From NCBI GenBank assembly GCA_049512315.1, contig JBEKXF010000007.1, positions 1 to 64,000 of the forward strand: a stretch of 64,000 bases of DNA, written 5' to 3'. The notes under the pieces were generated by a model, which ran no database searches, was not told where the DNA came from, and was given only the letters and a program-made list of their open reading frames with translations. This DNA is from Candidatus Aminicenantales bacterium. Lineage in GTDB: Bacteria; Acidobacteriota; Aminicenantia; Aminicenantales; Saccharicenantaceae. Each line of letters opens with the position of its first letter. Positions within the stretch are counted from its first letter, which is position 1. Both the position numbers and the translations under genes were made by a program. Shown here piece after piece: positions 55,334 to 64,000 of the stretch.

Positions 55334-56989
55334 TCAGAACATCAGCCGGGCCTGATAAAAGAAACGCAGTTCCTGGTAGTGATCGCTGACGCCGGGGAGG
55401 CGGCCCGTGCGGCGGACGCCCTCGGCGGCCAGGCCCAGTTCAAGAGGCGTGCGGCTCAGGCGGTAACCGAACGTGACGCGCCATGTCAGGCGGGTGTCGT
55501 GGAGCTTGAAGTCGTCGGTCACGACCCCCGTGTACTGATAGCGGTCCTGACCCTGGATAGAACCATAGGACTGCCAGGTCGCTTCCCCCCGGAACCGCCA
55601 CTGGCGCCAGTCCACGGCCGCGTCGGACGTCAGCGTCATCCCCAGGGCGTCATAGTATCCCCAGTCAAGAAGAGTCGTTTTCACGCCGCTTGTATCGTGA
55701 GTTTCCGTGAACCGGTTATACGCCAGGGCGTTGACCAGGGCGAAATCCCCGTACGCCGCCGACGTCCAGCGCAGGCGGAAGCGTGGCCCGAACCGGCTGA
55801 GGGTGAGCACAGCGCCCAGGGGGCTTATCACCGACAGCTTGTCCGTAAAAGCGGTCGGCGTGGGCCGGACGAGGCGGGCATCTCCGGTCGTGGCCAGCCC
55901 CCCCGCCGGGACCTCGCTGTTGCTGTCATACCAGGCCACCGACCGCTTCTTGAGCACCTCGAAAGCCGTGCCGTAGCCCAGGGAGACGCTGCCGCCGTGG
56001 AGACTCCCGTCCGGCTCCCGTGCTCCGGAGGATAAGCTTCCCCCGAACAGGACCGCCGAGGTCCGGATCCGGAATTCCTCCAGTCCGGCCGAGCTGAAGC
56101 TCAGGTCGATCCCAGCGCGACTCGACAGCGTGTCGCCCGTGAAGCGCCGCTCGCGGCCCTCCCGGCCGGCGCCCGGAGCTGTATCGGTCTCCATGTCAAA
56201 CCCCAGGTTGAGCTGGCGGTACCGGGACCCGGACTGGTCCACCGCGGTCGTCTCGGCCGGGGAGATTTTGTCCTCCTTCAGCCCGGCGTAAATATTGAAT
56301 CGGTGCCAGCCGGCGCCCGGGGCGCTGTTCGCCGCGGGCCCGCTGCCGCGGTCAAACCAGTTATTGACGGCGAGGACGGGATGGAACACAAAGCCGGCCA
56401 CCCGGTTCACGATGCCTTTCCTGTGGCTGAAGTACGAGCCGATCTGATACAGGGGCTCGCCGATGGCCGGCCCGCCGAAGGTCGTGAAGACCATGTCGTT
56501 GATGGCGATCAGTTCCCGCCACTCGGTCACGGATTCCCACAGACCGGACGTGACGAAAGAAAAAAGGGTGGAGACCCGGTTGTCGAGCCCGTTGGCCCGC
56601 GCCATGCTGTAGTAGCCCTCGCCGGCTCCGGCGTGGGACCAGTTGAACCAGAACGCGTTGGAGTCCATCTTGGGGGATTGCGCGGTGAAGAATTTCCGCC
56701 CGAAGGTGGGCCATGTGAATTCCCAGTCGACGGTGAACTTGTTGTACGCCCCCCAGTAGTCGATCGTCGAGGCGGTCAGAAGGACGGCCTCCTCGATCAG
56801 GGCCCGCCATGTCTTAGGGCGGCGGGGGGCCTCCTGCCCGGCGGGCCGGGCCGTTTCACGCCGGGCCATCGCCGGACTGTCCTTCAATGGGCCGGGCGAC
56901 TCGGCGGCGAGGGCGGGACCCAGAGCGAGAGGGATCAGGATCCATCCCAGGATGAGCCTTTTCACGGAAGGGCCGGCCCGCTTGTCCAT
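55334..56989 (-). CDS. Outer-membrane protein (DUF3943-like N-terminus)
   Basis: Signal peptide; D.N.F..NW.H..G..YY..AR.NG, WE...E.....IND...T..GG..IGE; C-terminal Phe. Confidence 0.7.
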   Translation of the reverse strand: MDKRAGPSVKRLILGWILIPLALGPALAAESPGPLKDSPAMARRETARPAGQEAPRRPKTWRALIEEAVLLTASTIDYWGAYNKFTVDWEFTWPTFGRKFFTAQSPKMDSNAFWFNWSHAGAGEGYYSMARANGLDNRVSTLFSFVTSGLWESVTEWRELIAINDMVFTTFGGPAIGEPLYQIGSYFSHRKGIVNRVAGFVFHPVLAVNNWFDRGSGPAANSAPGAGWHRFNIYAGLKEDKISPAETTAVDQSGSRYRQLNLGFDMETDTAPGAGREGRERRFTGDTLSSRAGIDLSFSSAGLEEFRIRTSAVLFGGSLSSGAREPDGSLHGGSVSLGYGTAFEVLKKRSVAWYDSNSEVPAGGLATTGDARLVRPTPTAFTDKLSVISPLGAVLTLSRFGPRFRLRWTSAAYGDFALVNALAYNRFTETHDTSGVKTTLLDWGYYDALGMTLTSDAAVDWRQWRFRGEATWQSYGSIQGQDRYQYTGVVTDDFKLHDTRLTWRVTFGYRLSRTPLELGLAAEGVRRTGRLPGVSDHYQELRFFYQARLMF

Positions 56990-57014
56990 TCGAGGGCTCG
57001 AAATGGCCCCGGGG

Positions 57015-57797
57015 CTATTTTTTCTTGGCCAGGGGCAACGAATATCCGAGGGAAACCACGACGGCGCCCGTCTGGCTTTTTCCGCTCGTCGCGACGTCTC
57101 TTTGAATGGTGCTCAGGCCCAGCTGGAAGTGGGCTTCGAGGATGAGATCGCCGGGCCCGAGGGGATAGGTCATCCCTCCTCCGCCGGAGAGACCAATATT
57201 CGTGCTCTTGAGGCTGTCCTTGACATTCGTATCGGCGCCCAGGTCGACGACCAGAGGATTTGTGTCGGGCGGAATGATGATGGGCATCGTCCCGGCCTCA
57301 TCCAGATAGAGGGCGCTCGTGCCCTTGGTGACGGCCCTAGCCCGGAGGAGGATCCCGACATAAGGCCCGGCATTGACGAAAAAGCGGACCTTGTTGCCAA
57401 AGGTTACCCGACCCATGATCGGCACCTCAAGATAGTCCAGGATTGTCTCGTTGCGGAAAGTGGCGTAGAGGATCGTGCCGGGAGGAATAGGCAGACCGGG
57501 CGGAAGGTCCATCGTGATGGGTTGAAGGCCTTTTCGCAGTCCTCCTTGGGACGTGTAGTTGATCTCGGCGACGAGGGAGAAATGCGGGGCGATCTTGGTC
57601 TCGAGGAAAATGCCGAAAAACGGTCCCTGGCGCGAGGTGAACCCCCGGGTGAACGGATCGTCCTGGCTTCCTCTGATGTTCGGGATGCTGAGACCGCCGT
57701 GCACACCGAGCTTGACTTCGTCGCTGAAGGCGAGCCCGCCGGCCGCCAGGAGAAAACCCAGAAGGCCGGCCAGAACCTTAACCTGCTTTCGATTCAT
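57015..57797 (-). CDS. Porin-family outer-membrane beta-barrel protein
   Basis: Signal peptide; EINYTSQG, YLEVP, AGPY.G.L, terminal SLGY strand. Confidence 0.82.
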   Translation of the reverse strand: MNRKQVKVLAGLLGFLLAAGGLAFSDEVKLGVHGGLSIPNIRGSQDDPFTRGFTSRQGPFFGIFLETKIAPHFSLVAEINYTSQGGLRKGLQPITMDLPPGLPIPPGTILYATFRNETILDYLEVPIMGRVTFGNKVRFFVNAGPYVGILLRARAVTKGTSALYLDEAGTMPIIIPPDTNPLVVDLGADTNVKDSLKSTNIGLSGGGGMTYPLGPGDLILEAHFQLGLSTIQRDVATSGKSQTGAVVVSLGYSLPLAKKK

Positions 57798-57977
57798 CTT
57801 TCGCCTCCTTATTCGGGCTCCTCAGAGCGTTCCCCTCCGGGGCATGTGGCCTCAGGCTCTGGGTCCCTTCGCGTTCATCCCGTTGGCTAAAAAGATATCA
57901 CCATACCGCAGGATGTCAAGCGCTCTCCCCGAGTCCGGCGAAGATCCCGGCCCGGAATAGGGCCAGGGGGATTCTTT

Positions 57978-58892
57978 TCAATCAAAGAACGGGAAGAGCT
58001 TTTTTATCTCGGCCCGGTCCGGCCGGCGACCGTATTCGCAGATCTCGAAAGCCTCGGCGAACCTGATCTTCGCCGCCCGCTCCTTCCCGTACCACCCTTC
58101 AAGGGCCCGGCGACAGTTGTCCGTGATGTCGAGCTGGCGGGTGAGGAACCTGTCCCGGACCGCGGCCCAGCGCGCCTTTTGTCCGGCCGGGTCGGCCGGG
58201 ACGAGGTCCGCGGAGCCGCTCACGCCGCCTTCGTAGAACTGCGAGACCATGCCCAGCAGGACCTCCAGCTTTTTCTCCATCACGCCATCGACTCCCACGG
58301 CGATGTCGGCCTGGAACGGATAGGGTTTCTGGAAGCGGTCGGAGAAATAGAGGAAAACCGGATTGGCTTTGAGGGTCGGGACCTCGGGGCAGAACTTCGG
58401 CACGGTGACCATGTAGGCCGCGTCCTGGACGAGGATGCTGGTGTAGCGATGGTCGGGATGATAGTCGTTCGGCCGGTGGGTGATGACGACGTCGGCCTTC
58501 CATTCCCGGATCAGCCGGGTGATCGTCCGGCGGTTCTCGAGGGTCGGCAGGAGCTCCCCGTCGTGGTTGTCGAGGATCTCGAAGGCGTAGCCGACGAGCT
58601 TCGCGCCGTGTTCGACCTCGGCCCTGCGCCGCCACGCCAGCTCGGCTCCCGATTGCTTCCAGTGCCCGATGTCCCCGTTGGTCACGGCCACGAACTTGAC
58701 GTGATAGCCTTTCGCGACCCAGAGGGCCGCGGTGCCGGCGGCCCCCGATTCCGCGTCGTCGGGGTGGGCGCCGATGCAGATGATCCGCGGCTTCCCGTCA
58801 TCCGCCGGAGAGGATTGTCCCCAGGCCGTCCGGAGTCCGGCCGCGAGGAACGCCGCTAGGAACACGGCTGGGAAGAATATGCTTTTCTTCAT
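57978..58892 (-). CDS. PIG-L family deacetylase, exported
   Basis: GAHPDDAE, TNGD.G, R..E, YHPDH. Confidence 0.93.
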   Translation of the reverse strand: MKKSIFFPAVFLAAFLAAGLRTAWGQSSPADDGKPRIICIGAHPDDAESGAAGTAALWVAKGYHVKFVAVTNGDIGHWKQSGAELAWRRRAEVEHGAKLVGYAFEILDNHDGELLPTLENRRTITRLIREWKADVVITHRPNDYHPDHRYTSILVQDAAYMVTVPKFCPEVPTLKANPVFLYFSDRFQKPYPFQADIAVGVDGVMEKKLEVLLGMVSQFYEGGVSGSADLVPADPAGQKARWAAVRDRFLTRQLDITDNCRRALEGWYGKERAAKIRFAEAFEICEYGRRPDRAEIKKLFPFFD

Positions 58893-58900
58893 GGCCGCCC

Positions 58901-60748
58901 TCACTTTTCCTGCTCCCCCAGGGCGACGGCGTAGAGATACCAGGCGGCGTGGGGCAACCATTCCTCCGCCCATCTCCAGTCGTCGTCTTTGCCGGTCACG
59001 GCATAGTGCAGGCCGAAGTCGATGTCGTCCTCGTCCGTGTAGCCGCCCGTGACGCCGTTCGGGATCCCGCCCGCGGCGTTGGTGTACTCATAGGAATTGA
59101 AGAACATGTAGGGGATATTGTTCCGGCCCTTGCCGTGGAGCATGCAGGCGTCAAAGGGGTTCAGGCCCAGGATCCAGTTCAGCTGGCTCCGGCCGAAGGC
59201 CGCGAGCTTGGCCTGGAATCCCTTGTCCTGCCCGAAATACCGGACGGCCAACCGGGCCGCCGCGGCCATCGAGCCCAGCCGGGCGTTCTCGCCCTGCCAC
59301 CAGGGAGCGGTCTCGGTGTCGTGGGGGAAAAAGAAGCTCGTCCTCCGGGAGCCATTCTTGCTCTGGACGAGCTGTCGGCTGTAACCGAACGGGTTCGTCA
59401 CCTCTCCGGTCACGGCGAGCTCGAAGGCGAGCGACCTCCCGACGGCATCGAGGACCCGGGCCTGGGCCGCGGCGTCGGCGATCTCGTAATAGTCGAGCAG
59501 GCTGACGACCGGCAGTCCGGCGTCCACGGGATGGAAAAACGGCCTGTCGCCGTCATCGGCCCGCCAGTAGTCCTTATAGGGTCCGCTCGCGGTCAACCTG
59601 GCCGTCAGGCCCGTCGCCCGCTTGTCCGCGGCGGTCTTGTACTTGGAGTTCTTCGTCGCACGATAAAGCTCGGTCGCGGCGACCAGGGCGCAATAATCGT
59701 CGAGGATATTCTCCTGGCCGTCGTTCGTGAATTGAAGGTTGTTTTTTTCAAGGAAGGCGAAGGCGTCCTCGGCGGCCTTGAGGTAATCGGCGTTGGCAAA
59801 GTCCCCCGAGCCCGGGGCAGCCGAGGCCATGGCTAGGGCCGCGATCGAGAGTCCCGCGCCCTCCCTGTAGGCCGCCTCAAAGGCCGCGTCTCCCTTGATC
59901 TTCTCCTTTCCGTAATCGCGGAACTTGTCCTTGGTCTCCGGGGTTAGGATAATGTGCCGCTCCGCCTTGGGGGCGATCAGGCGGTCCTCGGGCTTCTTCT
60001 CCGGCCCGCGGCCCGAGACCGTGATATAGAAGGACCCGGCCGGGTCCTTGGTCCGGGCCAGGTAATCGGCCCCGTACAGGGCCTCATCGAGGAGCCTTTT
60101 CTGGTACTGCTTGAAAAAAGGCTCATTCCGCCGTTCGAGCTCCCTTAGGGACTTGAACAGGCTCCAGGCGGTGAGCGAGATCTGCTGGGGGTTGAAGTAG
60201 GTGGAGTAGGAGAGGTGGGACAGGTGCTTGCCGTAATCTCCGGTCGCGTCGAACCAGCCGCCGTGGACGTCGACCATCCCCTCCTTGCCCTCGAACCTCA
60301 TTTTCCGGTCGGCCTTGTCCCAGAGGCCCGACGACCGCTGGCCTTTGAAATAATAGATGACGTCGGATAGGGTGTTCCTCTCCAGGACGTTTTTCTGGAC
60401 GGATACCGGGTGGGAGCGGAACGTCCCCTTCGGAGAGGAGCATTCGATGATGTAGGCGCCTTCCTGGTCGACACTGCTCCAGTCGATCGTCCAGAAGTCC
60501 CAGTCCTTCCATTTCCGGACGGGGCCGGCATGCGCCGGGACCCCGGAGAGGACCTTTTCCCCGGACCGGGCCTTGAGGACGGCGAACCGGCTGAACGCGT
60601 CCCCCGGATGACCAAGGATCACGGCCAGCTTGGGTCCGGCCGTTTCATAGCCGACATGGTTGGCCAGGATCTTCACCTCCTGGGCGAAGACCGTCTGGGA
60701 AGCCAGGAAAGCCAAGAGGACCAAGAGAAAGAGCGATTTCTTTTTCAT
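58901..60748 (-). CDS. Glycoside hydrolase family 9 (exo-beta-glucosaminidase-like subgroup)
   Basis: NHVGY Ig domain, DVHGGWFDATGDYGK, WWQGENAR, WILGLNPFD.CM..G.G.NN, WR..E.WLPH. Confidence 0.88.
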   Translation of the reverse strand: MKKKSLFLLVLLAFLASQTVFAQEVKILANHVGYETAGPKLAVILGHPGDAFSRFAVLKARSGEKVLSGVPAHAGPVRKWKDWDFWTIDWSSVDQEGAYIIECSSPKGTFRSHPVSVQKNVLERNTLSDVIYYFKGQRSSGLWDKADRKMRFEGKEGMVDVHGGWFDATGDYGKHLSHLSYSTYFNPQQISLTAWSLFKSLRELERRNEPFFKQYQKRLLDEALYGADYLARTKDPAGSFYITVSGRGPEKKPEDRLIAPKAERHIILTPETKDKFRDYGKEKIKGDAAFEAAYREGAGLSIAALAMASAAPGSGDFANADYLKAAEDAFAFLEKNNLQFTNDGQENILDDYCALVAATELYRATKNSKYKTAADKRATGLTARLTASGPYKDYWRADDGDRPFFHPVDAGLPVVSLLDYYEIADAAAQARVLDAVGRSLAFELAVTGEVTNPFGYSRQLVQSKNGSRRTSFFFPHDTETAPWWQGENARLGSMAAAARLAVRYFGQDKGFQAKLAAFGRSQLNWILGLNPFDACMLHGKGRNNIPYMFFNSYEYTNAAGGIPNGVTGGYTDEDDIDFGLHYAVTGKDDDWRWAEEWLPHAAWYLYAVALGEQEK

Positions 60749-60849
60749 TTCCAAATTTCTCCATAAAAAGGGACAGACATGATTGCGAATAATGTACGTT
60801 CAATGGGGAAAGAAACGCAAGCCCCCCGGCGGGCAGACTCACGGGACCC

Positions 60850-62025
60850 TTAGTCCCAAATGTGCGAATACTTGGCGCCGTTTCCGGTGTTGAAAAGGAC
60901 GACCGTTTCATCAGCCCTGATCCAGCCCTGATTTCTCAGTTCGAGGAACGCGGCTAAAGTCGCTCCGCCCTCGGGCGCGGCCCAGATCCCCTGGGTCTTT
61001 CCCATGAGATATGTTCCCTTCAGGATCTCGCCGTCAGGCACGGCGACGGCCGTCCCGCGGCTTTCCCTCAAGGCCTTGAGGATCAGGAAGTCGCCGATGG
61101 CCGCCGGGACGCGCAGCCCGTCCGCGATCGTCCGGGCCTCGGGCCAGGTTTCCGCGAATTCTTTTCCTTCACGAAAGGCCTTGACCATGGGCGCGCAGCC
61201 GTCGGACTGCACAGTGACCATCCGAGGCCGCTTGGGCCCGATCCAGCCGAGCTTTTCCATTTCGTCGAAAGCCTTCCACATCCCGACGAGCCCCGTGCCG
61301 CCGCCGGTCGGATAGATGATGACATCGGGCAGGCTCCAGCCCATCTGCTCGGCCAGCTCGTAGCCCATGGTCTTCTTGCCTTCGATCCGGTAGGGTTCCT
61401 TTAGGGTTGAGACGTCGAAGCGGCCGTATTTTTCGACACTCTCCCTGGCCGCCTTGCCGCAGTCGGTGATGAGTCCGTCGATCAAGGTCACCGTCGCGCC
61501 CAGGACGCGGCACTCGTTGATGAAGGATTTGGGAACATCGGCCGGCATGAAGACATGGGCTTCCATCCCGGCCAGAGCGGCGTAGGCGCTCATGGCGCAG
61601 CCGGCGTTTCCCGCCGTCGGGATGGAGACGGACTTGACCCCGAGCTCCCAGGCCCGGGAGACGGCCACGGACAGGCCCCGGGCCTTGAACGAGCCCGTGG
61701 GATTCAGGCCCTCGTCCTTGATATAAAGGTTTTCGAATTTGACCTCGCTACCCAGCCGTTGTGCATGGAAGAGCGGGGTGAAACCCTCGCCCAGGCAGAG
61801 CTTGAATCTGGGATCTTTCACCGGGAGCAGTTCACGGTACCGCCACAGGGAAGGTTCCCGGAGCGCGATCGAGGACCGGCCCACGGCGGCCTGGGCGGCC
61901 TCGAGATCATAGCGGGCGAGGAGGGGTTTCTGGCACTTGGGGCAAAGGTTCCAGAGCTTGTCGGCCTCGAGCCGTTCGCCGCAAAGCCCGCATTCAAGGT
62001 AAATCAAGTAACTGACATCTGTCAT
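60850..62025 (-). CDS. thrC: Threonine synthase
   Basis: N-terminal C..C/CP.C, LGEG.TPL, NPTGSFKARG PLP lysine, EGKKT, PTGGG.G, FNTG. Confidence 0.88.
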   Translation of the reverse strand: MTDVSYLIYLECGLCGERLEADKLWNLCPKCQKPLLARYDLEAAQAAVGRSSIALREPSLWRYRELLPVKDPRFKLCLGEGFTPLFHAQRLGSEVKFENLYIKDEGLNPTGSFKARGLSVAVSRAWELGVKSVSIPTAGNAGCAMSAYAALAGMEAHVFMPADVPKSFINECRVLGATVTLIDGLITDCGKAARESVEKYGRFDVSTLKEPYRIEGKKTMGYELAEQMGWSLPDVIIYPTGGGTGLVGMWKAFDEMEKLGWIGPKRPRMVTVQSDGCAPMVKAFREGKEFAETWPEARTIADGLRVPAAIGDFLILKALRESRGTAVAVPDGEILKGTYLMGKTQGIWAAPEGGATLAAFLELRNQGWIRADETVVLFNTGNGAKYSHIWD

Positions 62026-62247
62026 AGGAACGTCCCGCGAGATGGTTCGCGAAGGATCTCGCCGGCCCTACCTTAAATCATTCGCGGCGGCAAAATCAAA
62101 TCGGGGGTCGGCGTCGATGGGCCCCTTTTGACTTTCGACGGAGGCCTGTGTTAGATTGGCGGCTTCCGCTGATGACCCACAGAGCGAACCAGATCAAGAC
62201 GATGCCCTCCGGCACCGTCTCTCTTTTTATTCCGAGGAGGATTCCCA

Positions 62248-64000
62248 ATGAGGAAAAGCCTTTTTCTTCTGACCGTCATTCTCTTCGCGGCCACGGGCTG
62301 CGCTAGGAAGGCCGTGGAACCAGCCGCCGCCGTCAACCCCCTGGTCGCGGAGTTCGCCACTCCGTTCGGCGTCCCGCCCTTCGACCGGATCAAACCCGAG
62401 CACTTCATGCCCGCTTTCGACCAGGGGATGGCCGATCAGAAGGCGGAGATCGCGGCCATCGTGAAGAACGGGGAGGCCCCGACCTTCGCCAACACCCTGG
62501 AAGCGCTCGACAGGAGCGGGGCGCTCATCAAGCGGGTCGGCGCCGTTTTCAGCAACCTGAACTCGTCCAACACCAACGACCAGATGCAGCAGATCGCCAA
62601 GGACGTCGCCCCCAAGCTGGCCAAGCACGCGGACGACATCGCCCTCGACGCGGGCCTGTTCGCCCGCGTCAAAACCGTCTACGAGGGCCGCGACAAGCTC
62701 GGCCTGAACGCCGAGCAGGGCCGGCTGCTCGAGAGAACGTACAAGGAGTTCGTCAGGGGCGGGGCGAACCTCGCTCCCGACAAGCAGGCCCGGCTCCGCG
62801 AGATCAACAAAGAGCTCTCGGTCCTGACCGTGAAGTTCGGCGAGAACATCCTCAAGGAGAACAGCGCCTTCGAGCTCGTCATCGAGAAAGACACGGACCT
62901 GACCGGCCTGCCCCCGGCCGTCGTCGCCGGCGCGGCGGAGGCGGCCAAGGACAGGGGCAAGCCCGGGAAATGGGTTTTCACGCTCGCCAAGCCGAGCCTC
63001 ATCCCGTTCCTCCAGTACTCCGAGAAGCGCGACCTCCGGGAAAAAATGTTCAAGGCCTACATCATGCGGGGGAACAACGGCAACGAGCTCGACAACAAGG
63101 CCAACGCGGTCAAGATCGCCAGCCTCCGCGTCGAACGTGCCAACCTCCTCGGCTACAAGTCGCACGCCGCCTACGTTCTCGAGGAGAACATGGCCAAGAC
63201 CCCCGAGGCCGTTTACGCCTTCCTCGGCAAGATCTGGAAGCCGGCCGTGGCGAGGGCCAAAGCCGAGGCCGCCGAAATGCAGGCCATGATCGACACGAAA
63301 GGCCGGGGCTTCAGGCTCCAGCCCTGGGACTGGTGGTTCTATGCCGAGAAAGTCCGGAAGGCCAAGTACGATCTTGACGACAGTGCCCTGAGGCCCTATT
63401 TCCAGCTCGAGAACGTCCGCAACGGCGCCTACGAAGTAGCCCACAAGCTCTACGGGATCACCTTCACCGAGCGGACCGACATTCCCAAGTACCAGGAGGA
63501 CGTCCGGGTCTTCGAGGTGAAGGATGCCGACGGCTCCCACCTGGGGATCCTCTACGTCGATTACTACCCGCGCCCGAACAAGGAGGGCGGGGCCTGGATG
63601 AGCAACTACCGCGAGCAGTCCGTCCGGAACGGCGCGGACATCCGGCCGGTCATCGTCAACAACGGGAATTTTTCCAAGCCGACGGCGGGCGAGCCAGCCC
63701 TGATCAGCTTCGAGGAGGCCACGACCCTTTTCCACGAGTTCGGCCACGCCCTCCAGGGGCTGCTATCGAAATGCACGTACGAGAGCCTCTCGGGAACGAA
63801 CGTCCGGCGTGATTTCGTCGAGCTCTGCTCCCAGGTCATGGAGAATTGGGCCACCGACCCCGCGGTCCTCAAGATGTACGCGAAGCACTACAAGACCGGC
63901 GAGCCCATCCCCGACGCTCTGATCGAGAAGATCAACCGGAGCAAGTTCTTCAACCAGGGCTTCGAGACCGTGGAATATGTCGCGGCCTGCTTCCTGGACA
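62248..64000 (+). CDS. M3 family metallopeptidase (Dcp/oligopeptidase A), lipoprotein, runs off the window end
   Basis: SD GAGGAGG; ATGC lipobox; NPL..PFGVPPFD, K.GGAWM, HEFGH (63733-63747), DFVEL.SQ.MENW; absent from the ORF track because no stop is in the window. Confidence 0.93.
   Translation, partial: MRKSLFLLTVILFAATGCARKAVEPAAAVNPLVAEFATPFGVPPFDRIKPEHFMPAFDQGMADQKAEIAAIVKNGEAPTFANTLEALDRSGALIKRVGAVFSNLNSSNTNDQMQQIAKDVAPKLAKHADDIALDAGLFARVKTVYEGRDKLGLNAEQGRLLERTYKEFVRGGANLAPDKQARLREINKELSVLTVKFGENILKENSAFELVIEKDTDLTGLPPAVVAGAAEAAKDRGKPGKWVFTLAKPSLIPFLQYSEKRDLREKMFKAYIMRGNNGNELDNKANAVKIASLRVERANLLGYKSHAAYVLEENMAKTPEAVYAFLGKIWKPAVARAKAEAAEMQAMIDTKGRGFRLQPWDWWFYAEKVRKAKYDLDDSALRPYFQLENVRNGAYEVAHKLYGITFTERTDIPKYQEDVRVFEVKDADGSHLGILYVDYYPRPNKEGGAWMSNYREQSVRNGADIRPVIVNNGNFSKPTAGEPALISFEEATTLFHEFGHALQGLLSKCTYESLSGTNVRRDFVELCSQVMENWATDPAVLKMYAKHYKTGEPIPDALIEKINRSKFFNQGFETVEYVAACFLD

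Noticed and set aside
62112..62180. GCTGATGAC motif resembling a fluoride riboswitch (also at 2346-2354)
   Set aside because: P1 loop size and pseudoknot pairing do not fit, it overlaps the likely promoter, and the downstream gene is unrelated

Overview
GC-rich (roughly 65%) bacterial chromosome window of mostly core and housekeeping genes. The gene content suits an anaerobic, diderm, peptide- and polysaccharide-degrading organism; an Aminicenantes/Acidobacteriota-like origin is a guess from gene style only. I support about 60 CDS: a triple-HhH ComEA-like gene, an NrdR-boxed class III ribonucleotide reductase operon (nrdD, redoxin, nrdG, dut, DUF1848), a GlpA-like three-gene oxidoreductase module, a Maf-RlmD fusion, an ECF sigma cassette, malic enzyme, trpS, two Hanks-type Ser/Thr kinases, several peptidases, a GH9 plus PIG-L deacetylase pair, thrC and a truncated M3 peptidase. 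I saw no rRNA, tRNA, CRISPR, phage or transposase. The best candidate for an undescribed system is 29730-34580. An orphan family-5 solute-binding protein, a HAMP histidine kinase and an NtrC-type activator are bracketed by two sigma54 promoters. Each promoter has the same TGTAAA-N5-TTTACA palindrome upstream. The downstream promoter points into an apparently non-coding, terminator-ended, ~110-nt C/U-rich transcript with anti-Shine-Dalgarno-like motifs, a putative sigma54-dependent sRNA. Also notable: a dispersed 91-bp hairpin element whose core occurs in both orientations relative to its flank, a short palindrome embedded in a coding sequence, and a probable CTG start codon. All family calls come from motif recognition by eye, not from database searches.
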